NCBI GenBank assembly: GCA_028534125.1
Contig: CM052818.1
Span: 25,112,001 to 25,176,000 of the forward strand
Length of the DNA stretch: 64,000 nucleotides
From: Lama glama
Lineage: Eukaryota
Direction: 5' to 3'
Numbering within the stretch: position 1 is the first letter of the stretch; each line of letters starts with the position of its first letter. The position numbers were made by a program, and so were the translations under genes. The notes under the pieces are model-generated. The model ran no database searches. It worked only from the letters and a program-made list of their open reading frames with translations, and had not been told where the DNA came from. This document shows, in pieces, positions 38,371 to 51,521 of the stretch.

Positions 38371-40599
38371 TCAGTAATTTTTAGTATTCTTTTAAAACGC
38401 ATTTGAAAGAGTTGGTGGGTACTATATAGCTTTTTAATTAAAAAGATCTTTTTTGGTACTAAAGTCTTGGTTGAGAAACCTTATTACACTGCACCTCTAG
38501 TGTAGATATGTAGCATGATGAACCCTAGCAAGTTGAGAAGGAATCATTTCTTTGATTTGAAATTTGGGTATGTTAAGGGGGTTATGAAATCCAAACATTT
38601 ACTGGTTATTGATGCAACTTAAGTCAAATAACTGAGTATGTTTGTTTTTGAATAATTTAGTAATGTATCTATAATGTATCTCATAAAAGCTTCATCTGGT
38701 GTAATACAGTTCTTTTTTCTTTATACAAATAGCAAGTATAGGGAACCTGTAAGAGTGTTTCAAGGCAGGTTTATACTGTGACTGATCAAGACTTTGCAAT
38801 GTTAGGCCCTACTTTAAGAATTTTATGATCTTTCACATTTTAGAAAAATAATCTATATCTCTCAGATGGTAATCATGGTCTCTTATAAGTGAAGAGAGGG
38901 TACTGTTTCTGGGCTAGAATATTTGCTAAAATTGTTTTATAAAAAGTGCTTTCTGCTCTATTAAAAGCTTGGAGCCTGAAGCTAAAATACATTGTCTGGA
39001 GTAAGAAACTATTCCTAGAAGTTCAGAAATGTAAACTGTATTGTCTTTTATTTACCCGAGAGTACTGTGGTGTATTAGGCTGTCAGGGGCTTTTTAAACA
39101 GCTCTAGTCTTGTGGATACTGAATTTTTTCAGGTTTTAAATAAAGCCGATATATCAGAAAATACTTTGAAGAGTAATTGAGATGTCAGTCCCTCCTTTTT
39201 TTCTTTCTCTCTCTCTTTTTTTTTTTTACTAAACAAATGGGGAGAATTATTTGACACAATATTTTCCAAGCTGTTTGTAATGTAGCATTGGATTTCTGAT
39301 TCCTTGTATGATGAGTGTGAGAAAAGTGAGAAGATTGAACATTGGAGTACGTGTAAAGTGCCACAGTAGATTTTAGCAAAAGTCTTGTTATGTCACAGTA
39401 GTAAATGATAAGGGACAAATAGGGTAATATGTTTGGCCTTACATTTGGGAATTACATTCAGCCTGAAAAAACAAAGGCAGTGAAGTATTAGAGACAAACT
39501 GAATGGCACTGAAAAGCGAGAAAGTAAGCTGATAGTGTAGTCCAGACAAGTCAAAGTATGTAATTCCTCTTTTGTATAAGAGAATAGTTTCAGAGGCATT
39601 CCACTTTCCTTTTTAGATATGATGTAATTAGTGAAAATCTGATGGTTGACTGGATGTATTGATTGACAAAGTAAACCAAAGCCAGTATTATCAGGTAATG
39701 GAAAAAGCTACTTACTATAGCCTAGTTAAAGCCATTATGAGTTAAAAATGTCTATATGTGTGTAGGTTGTTTCATAAAATCCACTTTTTATGTACTTGTT
39801 TTAGTTTTGTCAACAGCAGGTTATTATTTTCCACTCTGTGGTGTTTTTCACACATTGAGAGCCCCTTGCAATTGGGTTATTGCACGTTATGATATTAGTA
39901 CTTCATTGTGAGTTGGTGTTATTTCTTGAATGGAAACAATGACATCACCTTTCTTTCTTTCTTTCTTTTTTTAAAAAAGGTGTCGGAATGCTAGAGAGTT
40001 GTTTCATTTCATCAGTGTGTGGCTGAACTACCAGTGTTGTATTTGCTCTTAACTAAAATGATAGATTCTAGCTACTGTAATAGTGGATCCAATCGTTTGT
40101 TTTTTGCTTTAGGTTACTAAGAGTTAGGAAATAAAAGTGTTTTTTTTTTTAATGTGTTTGTCCTTCAGAAGTACAAAATCTTGATCAAAAAACATATATT
40201 TTATGCATAATATCAGATCCCAATTGTATCATCAGAGAACCCGTCCCCAAATTCCTGATTATCTAAAGAAGATTCCCAGTTATTCCTACAGCACATATCA
40301 CGAGTTCCAGTTCTGTATTTGTTTTTCTTCCACGTTAGACTGTCTTCCCCCAAGAGCTCATTATAAAGAACATCTTCCATAGAGCCTGGCACTCAGTATT
40401 TGTTAAGTGAAGCAATTGATGCATTGTTAAGCTTTCTCTAATGTTTTTTCTCAAAAATGAAATCTAGGCACAAGCGAAATTCACAGCTGAATGTTTAATT
40501 TTATTTAAGGCAATTGACAGTGTATGTGGTGTCTGCATAATGAACATTCATTTTCAAATAATCTTTTTTTGAGTAACATTCCTGGTTATGGGTAACTTG

Positions 40600-40800
40600 G
40601 TGATTAAGAACATAGCTTTTTGGAATCAAGACAGCCTGGGTTCAAATTTGTTAACTTCTCTGAGTGCCAGTTATGTCATCTATAAGACAGGTTTAATAAT
40701 AAAGCCTACCTCATAGGGTCATTGTGGAGTAAATGAGCTTTGCACATAAAGCTCTGGCACAATGCCAGGCACATAGTGAGTGCTTGGTGAGAGGCAGTTC
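40600..40800 (+). mobile_element. MIR SINE
   Basis: cctgggttcaaat...cctacctcatagggtcattgtggagtaaatgag. Confidence 0.7.
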
Positions 40801-41699
40801 TTTCGTGTTCATTGCTGACATGGTACCATCATCATATTCTGAGTAGCACCATGGTGCATATGTTGAATCAGGGACAAAATATTTCCAGATAGGAAAGCTG
40901 TAAAATTACGTAAAACAAATATCCTGTTGTATTGGGATGCTAAAAATATACTATTGGTGTGAGTTAATATTTTATTAAAGATATCCAAAAACAAACCATT
41001 TTAGGAACAAAACACCTTATTCAAGTGTTATTAGCTTGTTCTAATTAGCAAATATGGTACTTTTTGAAGGTTGTAGGATATTTTGTAATAATCAAAGATT
41101 GATTATACTTTTTGAGCCCATCTGGTATTATTAACACACATGAAAGAGGTTGCTGGTTTTCATCTGCTTCACGCTAGGAATTGTTACTGGAGTGGAAATT
41201 GGCAAAAATCACTGAAAGAGCCTGGTATCAGCATTGCGAAACTGTTAGACCATGATCTGAAATGAGTGCTCTGATAAAGTTAACGTAATCCTTCTGTCAG
41301 TCTCATGAGTTGTTGTTTTTCTTATAATATTTCATCTTTAAGTATGCATGCTTTGAAATGCCAAGATTACTAACTGGAAAATACATGTGGTTTAGCAAAG
41401 TTGCATGGCTTCATATAAATTTGTGCCTTTTGAATTAGAAGCTTTAGGGACATTCTCTTATGTTTTCATGGAAAACCATAAAACTAAAATCTTTGTGCTT
41501 CTATTTGGCTCTGTGTGTGACATGGTACCACTTAAAGCCTTCAGAGGTTGAGAGACTGAGAATCTGCTAGTACTTTGAATAATGTAGCTGAAATTGTAGA
41601 TGAATTGTATCATTAGTTTCTTGTTTGCAATTCTTTATGTTGTATATAGATTGTTGTGCTTTTGAAAGTTATTAGCACAACATGTTATACTTATGCTTC

Positions 41700-42530
41700 T
41701 TTTTGTTCCTCAAATAATGTATGCTTTAAAAAATCAAAACTAAAAAAAGTGAAAGTCCTTTCCTCTCACCTCCTTCCTGTTATCTGTATCTAACCACTGG
41801 TTGCTGATTTATGTGTTCATTTCTGATGTTTTTCTACATATGTGTATGCTGCATACTCATACATGTTTTATTTTTAATACTGTCTTATCACGCATCTTGC
41901 TCTTCTATTTCAGTACCATGTTATGGAAATCTCATTCTGTCAGTACATAAGGCTCCTGTGGGATTTCATAGTATGAGTTTACCATAATTTAATCATTTTC
42001 CTAATAGTGGACATTTAGGTTGTTTTTAGTTTTCTTATAGCAGCAAGCATTTATATATACACATCTTTGTACATTTTGTAGAATATTTGTGGAATAGCTT
42101 GTTAGAAGTGAAATTGTTAGGTCAAAGGGTATGTGTTTTTAAATGGTGATATTAAGAATTGTTCCTTTAAAAATTATTGTTCCATTATATACCCCCATCC
42201 TGAACATGTGGGAATCTTCATTTTCCTTATGTTTTTTCCATCCATTCATGTCATTCATTCATTTGAGTTTTACAAAACTGATACGCTAGGATATGTATTT
42301 ATTGTGTTAATTTGCATTCTTTGGTTTTTACTGAGGTTGGTAATTTTTTAGTAATATTTATTGTTTAGATTTTTTCTATAAGTTGCTTTTTAATATTTCC
42401 CTTTGTCTATTTTCTGTGTATTTATTTTCCCATGTAGAATTCTTAATTTGTATATAGTCATATATGTTGCTACTTTTCATTGTCCAATTTCCTTGCTTTA
42501 GCCCTTAAAGACCATTGTGAGATTATCATG
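41700..42530 (-). mobile_element. Old L1ME-type fragment
   Basis: tggacatttaggttgttttt...gaagtgaaattgttaggtcaaagggtatg. Confidence 0.6.
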
Positions 42531-44513
42531 AGAAGCCACAAGCTGTCCCACCAGAACGTGGTACCTGAAAATAATATTCATCAGCATTGGTGACATCAGT
42601 TTCAGTTATTGTCAATGATCTGGGTTTCTAACCTCTACCATGCCTGTCTCTATTTGGTCTTAAGTTTGGCCTCATAAACACATTCTCCCTGTCTTATTCT
42701 CTGAATTGGTCTTTTTTCCATAATCTGTTCTTACATTTTTTTTTCCTGCCCATCTGGCCAAGCTCGTTTATAACTTATTTGAGGATACGCTGTCTGGATA
42801 CTTGGCAGCCTGCATGAGCTCAGGTCCAGCTTTATTGGGGAGGAATGGTCCTACTCCACTGTGGCCCTGCCTTCAAGGACTGTTCTGGACACCTCTAGAT
42901 TGACAGTGCAGCTGTTTAATTCTTGAAAATAATTGCTTAAACAAATTTAATGTGAGTCTTGTTGATTTTGGCTCTGGACAGCCACAAACCAGAAAATTTG
43001 GAATACAGTAGCATTTTTTTTAACCATTTCTGTCCATTCCCATTAAATTACTTTAGCTCAGGCAGTCATCATTTAAGGCCTACTCTAATACAATATGTCC
43101 TTAGAGGTTGTCCTGCCTTCTGTTGGCCTCTTCTCAGTTTATCCTCTGAGATCATCGAAGTATAATTGAAGTAACTTCTGCAATAACAGAAGCAAATGAG
43201 ATGCGGCTGAAGGGTTTTGGGGACAGAGGAGAAATGTGAAAAGAGAGGTATTCATATTGGTCATTCTCCTGTAATACGTGAGCTTTTAGTGAAAGGAGGA
43301 ATGATAGTAGAAAATTTTTTATATAATAATAATAAAAGAGTTTCTAATGTTGTTGCTGAGAGTGCTTTGTGAAAGTAACATTCATAGATTTCATGAAGCA
43401 AAGTTAGCCTATTTGTCTTATAAATGTATTGAATTTTGTGTCATGAAAAAAGCTTATGTCTTAATAGCACTGATTTTAGTGAAAGATATCAATCTAGCCC
43501 TCATCCAGGCACATATTCCAGTAATTTGTTTACCCATCCCAGATCTAAACAGACTTTCAGATTTAAAAGATGAAGTTGACAGTTACATAGCTTTTTAAAA
43601 AATGGTTGAATTCTGATTATTACAAGCAAAAATGAGGTTCTCAAATGGATAGGTGCTAGGCCTCATGACTGATGTATTTGAAGGATATATTCTTTTGTAA
43701 GGTAGAAATTTTCTTAAAATATGCAGATGGCTTCTAGTGAGAGGGTAGAATATTTTGTGTGTTTTATAATTAATCTGGACCACTGATTATCTGCATTGAG
43801 AATATTCAGTTAATTTGACATATATTTGCCACCAGTTTTCATGGTTTTATTTTTTTGTTCACTATATTTGTAAGTACATTCCTCAGTGATTTAATTAAAA
43901 TACATTTTCTTACAAGTTCGCTTATCAGTTTCTCTAACCCAGAGCAATTAGGAGGTGAGAACGTCCTAAGCAGCACACTGGCAGTAAGAAGTAACCACTG
44001 ACAACCTAATGAGAGAGGGAGAAACCAAAATCCTTCAGATTAAGCAAGCAGAACACTCAGATGTATTTGGAGATGTGCTTCTTAACCTCTGGGTTAGGGA
44101 TACCTTTGGGATTACCTGATGGAAGTTGTAGACTTTCTTCCTAGAAAGATGTGTAAACATGTATCCGTTTACATTCAGTGTCAGGGAATTCTTGGGTTCT
44201 TTGAAGCCCATCCATGGGTCCAGGTTAAGAATCCATGATTTAGTAAAGGGGCAGGTAGCTTTCCATACCTCAGTAGCCTTGAAGAGCATCACTGTATGAG
44301 TTTATAGATAATTGACAATACTAAGTTAACAGAAAATGCTAAATTTTGTACTGCACACTATTAAATACACAGTATTTCTTTGAATTAAAAAAATACACGT
44401 TTGCCATTTAACATTATCCCATTACCTGGAAAACTCAGACTTCATTACTCTGAATACTGGTTAGTAAGGTGGTATTCTGTATTTGCATAAAATAAGCTAC
44501 ATTTTAGCATTTT

Positions 44514-44631
44514 GTTGGGAGGATTAGGTTTATTTGTTTATTTATTCAATGGTGGTACTGGGAATTGAACTGAGGACCTTGTGCTTCCTAGAGTGCTAGG
44601 CTTGCACTCTACCTCTGAGCTATACTCCCCC
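44514..44631 (-). mobile_element. tRNA-derived SINE (camelid Vic-1-like)
   Basis: Minus strand GGGGGAGTATAGCTCAGAGGTAGAG...AGTTCAATTCCCAGTACC...AATAAACCTAA; TSD ta(c/t)attttagcatttt at 44498-44513 and 44632-44647. Confidence 0.88.
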
Positions 44632-44651
44632 TATATTTTAGCATTTTAATT

Positions 44652-44845
44652 GTCGGTGTCCCTGAGCCTTTTTGTGCCAGTGAAATTATGAGCGTCTCTT
44701 CCTAAGCCAATGTTCAGAGATGTCCAGTTGGTACCTTATGATTGCCATGGTAGGAGTGTTTACAAGGCCAAAATGCATACTGCCAGTCAAGGTTTGCTCT
44801 GCCCTTGTCCCCCAGACTAGTTTTTAAACATTTACCGCGTGCATA
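44652..44845. mobile_element. hAT-Blackjack MITE (MER63-like)
   Basis: gccatggtaggagtgtttaca and taaacatttacc terminal motif. Confidence 0.55.
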
Positions 44846-45633
44846 TGATTTTAATTACTCATTCAGCAGACATCTTTTAAGTGCCTGTTGTGTTCCAGAC
44901 ATTGTCCTAGGCACCACAGATACAGCACTGAATATATTTTTATAAATCTTAAATTTCCTAATAAAGACAGGGGAATGTTGGGAGTCCTTAATCAGATCTT
45001 GGAGGGTATGTGGAGTCAGGCAAGTTCTTACTATAGAATCTTCAGAATCTTTTAATGTGCTGTTGTGCATTGTTACTCTCTAGGAGGAGAATACAGTGGG
45101 TACTTACTTAACGAAGGAACTCTTTTTTTTCCCAGAATATATTTATTATCTTTTAGAAATACTATTCTGCTGCTCCATTGCAGTCGCATGCCAACTGTTA
45201 GGAATTGATATATGAAGAGCACTTACTCAAAGGGTGTAGGTCGGGGTATGGCCAGGACTTCTAAAGAAAGACCTTCCCATCTGTTTTATAGGTGGTCCAT
45301 TTGTAGGCTGTGGATTGAATTGTTTAACTGATGGTGTCCCTGAACCATTCTATTGTATTTTCATTTCCAGTATTTAAATGAAAAAGCATCTTACGTAATG
45401 AGAAAGCACTGTTCTACTTATATTGTTATTAAGTTTAGAAGAATACTTTCCCTTATAATCTGCAGTTTCTGACTTGGAGACACCTTACGGTATGTGCCTG
45501 TGAACTTCTGCCGCCACGTGCTCCCTGCTGCTGGATTTCTCCTGAGCGCTGGGCATCTCTTGCTGCAGAGCCTCTCCCTGTCTCAGGAGTCTCTGAAACC
45601 CCATTCATCTTCCGCTTCACCCTCATTAGGCTG

Positions 45634-46076
45634 CAGTGTTTCTCAAAAGTGTCATTGATGGACAAGTGCATCACAGTCACCTGTGTGGTTATTAAAATCA
45701 TGAGTTCCTGGGTCTCATCTCAGCCCTGTTGATTCAGAATCTGTTATGTATGAAGCCCAAGAATCTGTACATTAAAAGCATATCTAAGGTGATTTTTACT
45801 GAATTGTTTATATTCCATGCTGAATTGGAAATTCATTTTTGGAAGGTATATACAGTATTTCTCAGTGTAGGGCTGTTGGCATTTTGGCCAGGACTGTATC
45901 ATTGTGTGGCACTTTGCAGGCACAGCAGGATGTTTAAAATCCTTGGCTCCCACCTACCCAATGCCGTTGTCATCCCCAGTTATTGGTATAACTCAGAATG
46001 CCTTCACACATTCCAGACACTTCCTTGCTATAATATCATTTGGGGGTAGCATCCTCCTTAATTAAGAGTCACTGCC
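45634..46076. mobile_element. Adjacent hAT MITEs: MER5-like (~45634-45830) and MER20-like (~45853-46076)
   Basis: cagtgtttctcaa / cagtatttctcag termini; catcacagtcacctg and tgattcagaatctg (MER5-like); ggcattttggccagg (MER20-like). Confidence 0.65.
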
Positions 46077-46079
46077 ATA

Positions 46080-47950
46080 TACTACATTTCTTATCTAGAA
46101 GTTACTCTTTAATTAATTAATTAATAATAAATAAATAAATAGTTAATACATATGTCTAACCTAGGACTGCAAATTACTCACTGAGTCTACACACTTCCTA
46201 AACAATACATGGTCCATAGAGCACTTAAATGTCAATCACACCTTCCCATTTACATGCCACTTTGTTCAATATTTGAGTTCTGGCTTTTAAAAACCTGCAT
46301 ATATTAGATATTATTATCATTATTACTATTACTCTGCGCAGTCATTAGTATTTGTTTATATTGATCCAAGATTGACATTTTATTTGATTTTTTTTACTCC
46401 TTGCATTTTACATTTTCCTTCTGATTCTTTTTTAATCCTGAAATACACTTTAGAAAAATGTATGCCTTTTCGTGGTAGACTCAGTTTTTGTTTGGCAAGT
46501 AACATTTTTTTATCCTGTTTCTTGAATGATGTTTTCACCTGGGAATATCATTCTAGGTTGACTTAATTTCTCTCAGCACAGTATTTATTATTCTGACTTA
46601 AATTGTTTCTGTGAGAAGTGTAATTGTCGTTCCTTTGTAGATAATCAGACTCCTTTTTCTCTGATTGGTTTTAAAGATCACCTCTTTGTCTTTGGTGCTT
46701 TGCAGCTTCATATGATGTGTCTGGATATCAATTTCTTTTTTATTTATCATCCTTGTGACTTGGGTCTCCTGAGTCTGAGGTCTTATGTCTTCTATCCATT
46801 TTGGAAATTTTTCAGCCAGTCTCTTGGAATATTACTTCCTCTCCATTTTTTTTTTCTATTCTTTCCTTCTGAAACTTTAATTAAATCATATGGTAATCTC
46901 TCTTTCATGAGATGTCTCTACGAGATATCATGATTTTAAAATTTTCTTCTATCTCTGTCTCTCCTTGCTGTTTCAGATCTGTCATTTGATTTACTAATTG
47001 TCTCTGTGTCTGCTCCAATTAGGTTTTTAATTTCAAGGATTGTATATTTTTATTTCCAGAAATTCTAGTAACTTCTTTTTTCCTGTCTGCCAGGTCATTT
47101 TTGCTAGCCCCTTGTTTCTGGCCCATGTATTTAATACCTTCCTTTAGTCCAGTATACTCTTAAAGCATACTTAATTGTAATTTTATATTATGTATCTATT
47201 AATTCCAAAATTTGGACTTCTTGCAAATTTAATTTTGTTGTTTATAACTTTTGCTACTCCAGTGGTTTGTTTCTTTTTGATTTTATAATTTTGTTTTGAT
47301 TTCATATTTGGCTAATACTGAATTTAAGAATCTCCTGGGGCATGGGTTGTAGGTGTGTTTACTTCTCTTTCCGACAGGTGCTTGATTTACCACCAACCCA
47401 GAAACAGCTTAGACTCATATTTTGGCTTGAGACTCTTGGTCCTTGCAAGAACTGTAAATTTATACTCAACTGAGAACAGGTTGTAATTATGAATTTGAGT
47501 TTTCAGGGAACCACATTCCAGAGAAGGCCTAATTCAAACACTTGTTTTGTTTTGTTTTGTTTTTTAATTCAGTCTCTTTGTCAGTGGACAGACACCCTTC
47601 CCTCCCCTCCATTTGCTGAAGGGTATGGCTTTTCAAGGGTATTGCTGGTTTTTATGCTCTGGTCTCAATTCCAGCTTTCACCACATCTAATAAAAATCAA
47701 AATTCAGCTCTCTAGATTCCAAGTTTAAGCTAAGGTCATGGCTTAGCTGTTTCTTACCGTTCTGATTTCATTCAGTAAATGCATTCAACAGATAGTTTTT
47801 GAGCTAATTATTGTTTTCTCTTTGTTTTTGCCTCCAGTAGATTTCTTTCCCTGTGAGTTCAGCAGTGCATTTAGAAGAGTACTTGTATCTTATCTGCTAT
47901 ATCTAGGTATTTGTAGTGGGAAGATTTTTATGTTTAGTCTTATGTATTTC
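46080..47950 (-). mobile_element. Old antisense L1/HAL1-like fragment
   Basis: T-rich antisense ORF1-like text (tgcagcttcatatgatgtgtctgga, ttttggaaatttttcagcca). Confidence 0.55.
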
Positions 47951-48610
47951 CAAAAGCAAAACCTCAGGTGATTTTTGTACGCACTGAAGTTTGAGTACCT
48001 TGGGGCTGGAGATGCTGCTGCAGCTGCTTCGGTAGTAGGAAGTTGGAATGTGGTTACCTGGTCCCTTAGTGTTTTCCCAAAATTAATGCCACTGTTAAGT
48101 TTTATCCATATTATTCCATTAAATTGACATTTGTGGTCTACCAATTATCATTTAAAAATATTATTGATATGAAACAAGTCTATTTTGAATTCCAAACAAT
48201 TTAAAAGTTAAACTTTGAAATGTAACTTATTGCTGTTTTTTTATCAGAGTATTTTCCATGCCTAAATATAATTGTTAGCTGTTAAGCGCATTTTTTTTAA
48301 AAGTTAGTGTGATAGTTTCAATCTGGTTTTTTTTTTTTTTGAAATTAGTATCATATAGTCCTAGAAATTTAGATCTTTAATCATCTGGCTTCAAGAAACA
48401 AAGAGCCATTCAAGTTAATTCAAGAAAAGAGAGGCTGTTGTAAGGATACATGTGATATGCAACTGGAAGATTGTCAGGAACTCAGGGCAGCTTCAGAGAT
48501 TTGTTTCTTTCTCGTGGTCTCTTAACTTTTTTCTGTGCATTTGTTCTTTTCTCTTCTCTTTATTGACTTATTACACTGGATTATATTGCATGGTGGTTCA
48601 GACTTCTTAG

Positions 48611-51115
48611 AGCTGTGATGGCCAACACAGTTATCAGTAGGCACATGTGGCTATTAAATAAATCAAAATTAAAATAATGTATAGGATCTATAGGCCAAAT
48701 ACTATAGAAACACTCATGAAAGATACCAAAGAAAACCTAAATAGAGAGTGGTGTTCATGGATTGGAAGATTCTGCATAGTAAAGATGTCATTTCTCCACA
48801 AATTGCTCTATAATTATGATCAGAATCCCAGCATGATTTTTTAAAATAAATATAGAATAAACTGATTCTAAAATTTCTATGGAGAGGCAAAGGACCTATA
48901 CTAGCTAAAGCAACTTTGAAAAGAAAAAATAAAGTTGGAGGAATCACAGTGTCTGATTTTTAAAACTTAACTGTAAAGCTGTAATCAAAATAGTGTGTGG
49001 TATGCATAAAGAATAGGTACAAGATCAGTGGATATACATAGAATCCGGAAAGAGACCCACACAAATATAGCCAAATGATTTTGACAAAGATGAAAGGCAA
49101 GTCAGTGAAAGAAAGAAAATCTTTTCAACAAATAGTGTTGGAACAGTTGGGCATACAATGCAAAAAAACAAACAAAAGGAACATTCACCTGAACTTTACA
49201 AAACAAAATTAAATTAAACAAAAATTAACTCAAAATATATCATAAATCTAAATGTGAAACTTTTTCTCTTAGAAGAAAACATGAGAAAATCTCTATAACT
49301 TGAGATTAAGCAAGGTCTTCGGCATGACACCAAAAGCATAATTCATGAAAGAAAACAATTGATAAATTGGACTTCATCAAAAGTAAAATTTTGCTCAGTG
49401 TATTAGTTTGCTAGGGCTGCCATAACAACATGCTACAGACTGGGTGGCTTACCCAATTGAAATTGTATTTTCTCACAGTTCTGGAGACTGGGAGTCATCA
49501 GGGTGTTGTTAGGGTTGATTTCTCCTGAGGCCTCTCCTTGGGTTGTAGGTGGCTGCCTTCTTGCTGTGTTCTCATGTGGCCTTTTCTCTGTGCACACACA
49601 TCTCTGATTTCTCTTCCTCTTCTCATTAGAACATGTAGGTACCAATGGATTAGAGCCCATCCATATGGCTTCATTTAACCTTAACTACCTCTTTAAAGGC
49701 CTGTCTTCAAATAGTTATATTCTGAGATACTGGCGGGTTATGAATATGAATATTGAAGGCATACAGTTCAGTCCATAATGCTCTGCAAAAGACACTATTA
49801 AGATAATGAGAAGACAGGTTATAGACTGGGAGAAAAATATATGCAAATCATATGCCTGAAAAAGAACTAGTATCTAGAATACATAAAGATCTCTCAAAAC
49901 TCAACAGTAAAAAAATAAACATCCCAATTAAAATTGGACAAAAGACTAGAAGACACTTGACCAAAGGATGGCAAATAAGCACATGAATAGATGTTCAGGA
50001 TCATTAGCCATTAGGGAAATCCAAATGAAAACCACCATGAGGTATCATTACATACCTGTTAGAAATGGCTAAAAAGTACAATACCAACTTCTGGCAAGGA
50101 AGTTCTGGAAGAACTGGGACCCCCATATGTTGCTGCTGGAAATGAACAGTGGTATAGCCCCTGTAGAAAGAGTTTGACAGTTTGTTAAGAAATTTAACAT
50201 ACTTACCATATGGCCCAGTCCCTCTCCTGGGTATTTTTGTAACCTGTAGATAGATGTTTATAGCGGCTTGTTTTGTATTTACTAAAAACTGAAAACAGCC
50301 AATATGTCCCAACACTAGTAGTGAATAAATTGTGGTATATCCATACCATACAGTGGCATACGACTTAATAAAAAAGAACAAACTAATGATACATGCAGCA
50401 ACTTGATGAAAGAAGATAGTCTTAAAAAGTTACATAATGATTTAATTTACATGAAATTCTTGAAAAGACAGAAATGCAGTGTCAAAGAACAAATCAGTGG
50501 TTGCCAGGAGTTGGAGTGAGGGGAAACTATAACTTTCTAGGGAATTTTTGCAGTAATGGAACTTTTCTGTTTACGGATGGTGGCTAAGTCACTTTATACA
50601 AATCTATACATGTGTTAAAACAACTAGAACTATATTTTTTGAAGTTGATTTTTTCCAGTTGAAAGCTAAGTAAGTCCTGAGGATGTAAAGTACAGCATCA
50701 TGACTATTGTTAACAATACTGTATTGTATATTTGAAAGATGCTAAGAGAACAGATCTTAAAAGTTCTTATCACACAAAAAAGTTCTTGTAACGTGTGTGG
50801 TGATGGGTATTAACTTATTGTGGTAATCATTTTGTGATGTATACATATATCAAATCATTGTGTTGTACACCTAAAACTAATACAACATTATATGTGAATT
50901 GTATCTCAATAAAAAATTTAAATATCTCAAAAAAATTAAAGCTCGTCTAATTTAAATATTGTCTTGCATACACAAAAATTAAATACATTTCAGGCTTCAG
51001 TTGTACTAGCCGCATTTCAGCTGATCAGTTTCTGCATGTGGCGTGGTGTGCTGTGGTGGACAGTGCAGGTGTAGAACATTTCCACTAATGCAGAAGGTTC
51101 TAGTGGACAGTGCTC
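48611..51115. mobile_element. MER3-like MITE split by a ~2.3-kb sense L1M (48680-50640), which holds an MLT1 LTR (49399-49780) and is followed by a second L1 3' end (~50655-50920)
   Basis: MER3-like halves at 48611-48678 and ~50974-51115; L1 ORF2 text (catggattggaagattc); LTR flanked by 5-bp TSD ctcag/ctctg. Confidence 0.75.
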
Positions 51116-51122
51116 TTTTGCT

Positions 51123-51521
51123 GTGGAGGGTCAGCCTTTTTTTCCTGTAAAGGGCCAGATAGTAAATACTTCAGGTTTTGTGGGCTACATGGTCTCCATC
51201 TCAGCTGCTCAGCTCTACCATTGTATTGTGGAAGCAGTCATAGACAGTAATTAAACAAATGAGCCTGGCTGTGTTCCAGAAAAATTTCATTTATAAAAAT
51301 AGGCATATTTGCTGACCTCTATTTTAGAGAATCTGATTGGCCTGCTTCCTTTCTTGTGTCAGCTCAGGGTTTATTGGTAGAGTGACCTTATAATTTATCA
51401 TTCAAGTTAAATAAAATTGTAATTATAATTTTGAGAGTGAAAGTGAGCACTATTAATAATTCTGATAGACAGTAGGCATAACCTGGGAGTGTCCTGGCCA
51501 AACCAGGAATGTATGTGACCC
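51123..51521. mobile_element. MER58A-like (~51123-51320) and MER94-like (~51378-51521) hAT MITEs
   Basis: tgtaaagggccagatagtaaatac; agagtgacc...gtgaccct inverted termini. Confidence 0.7.
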
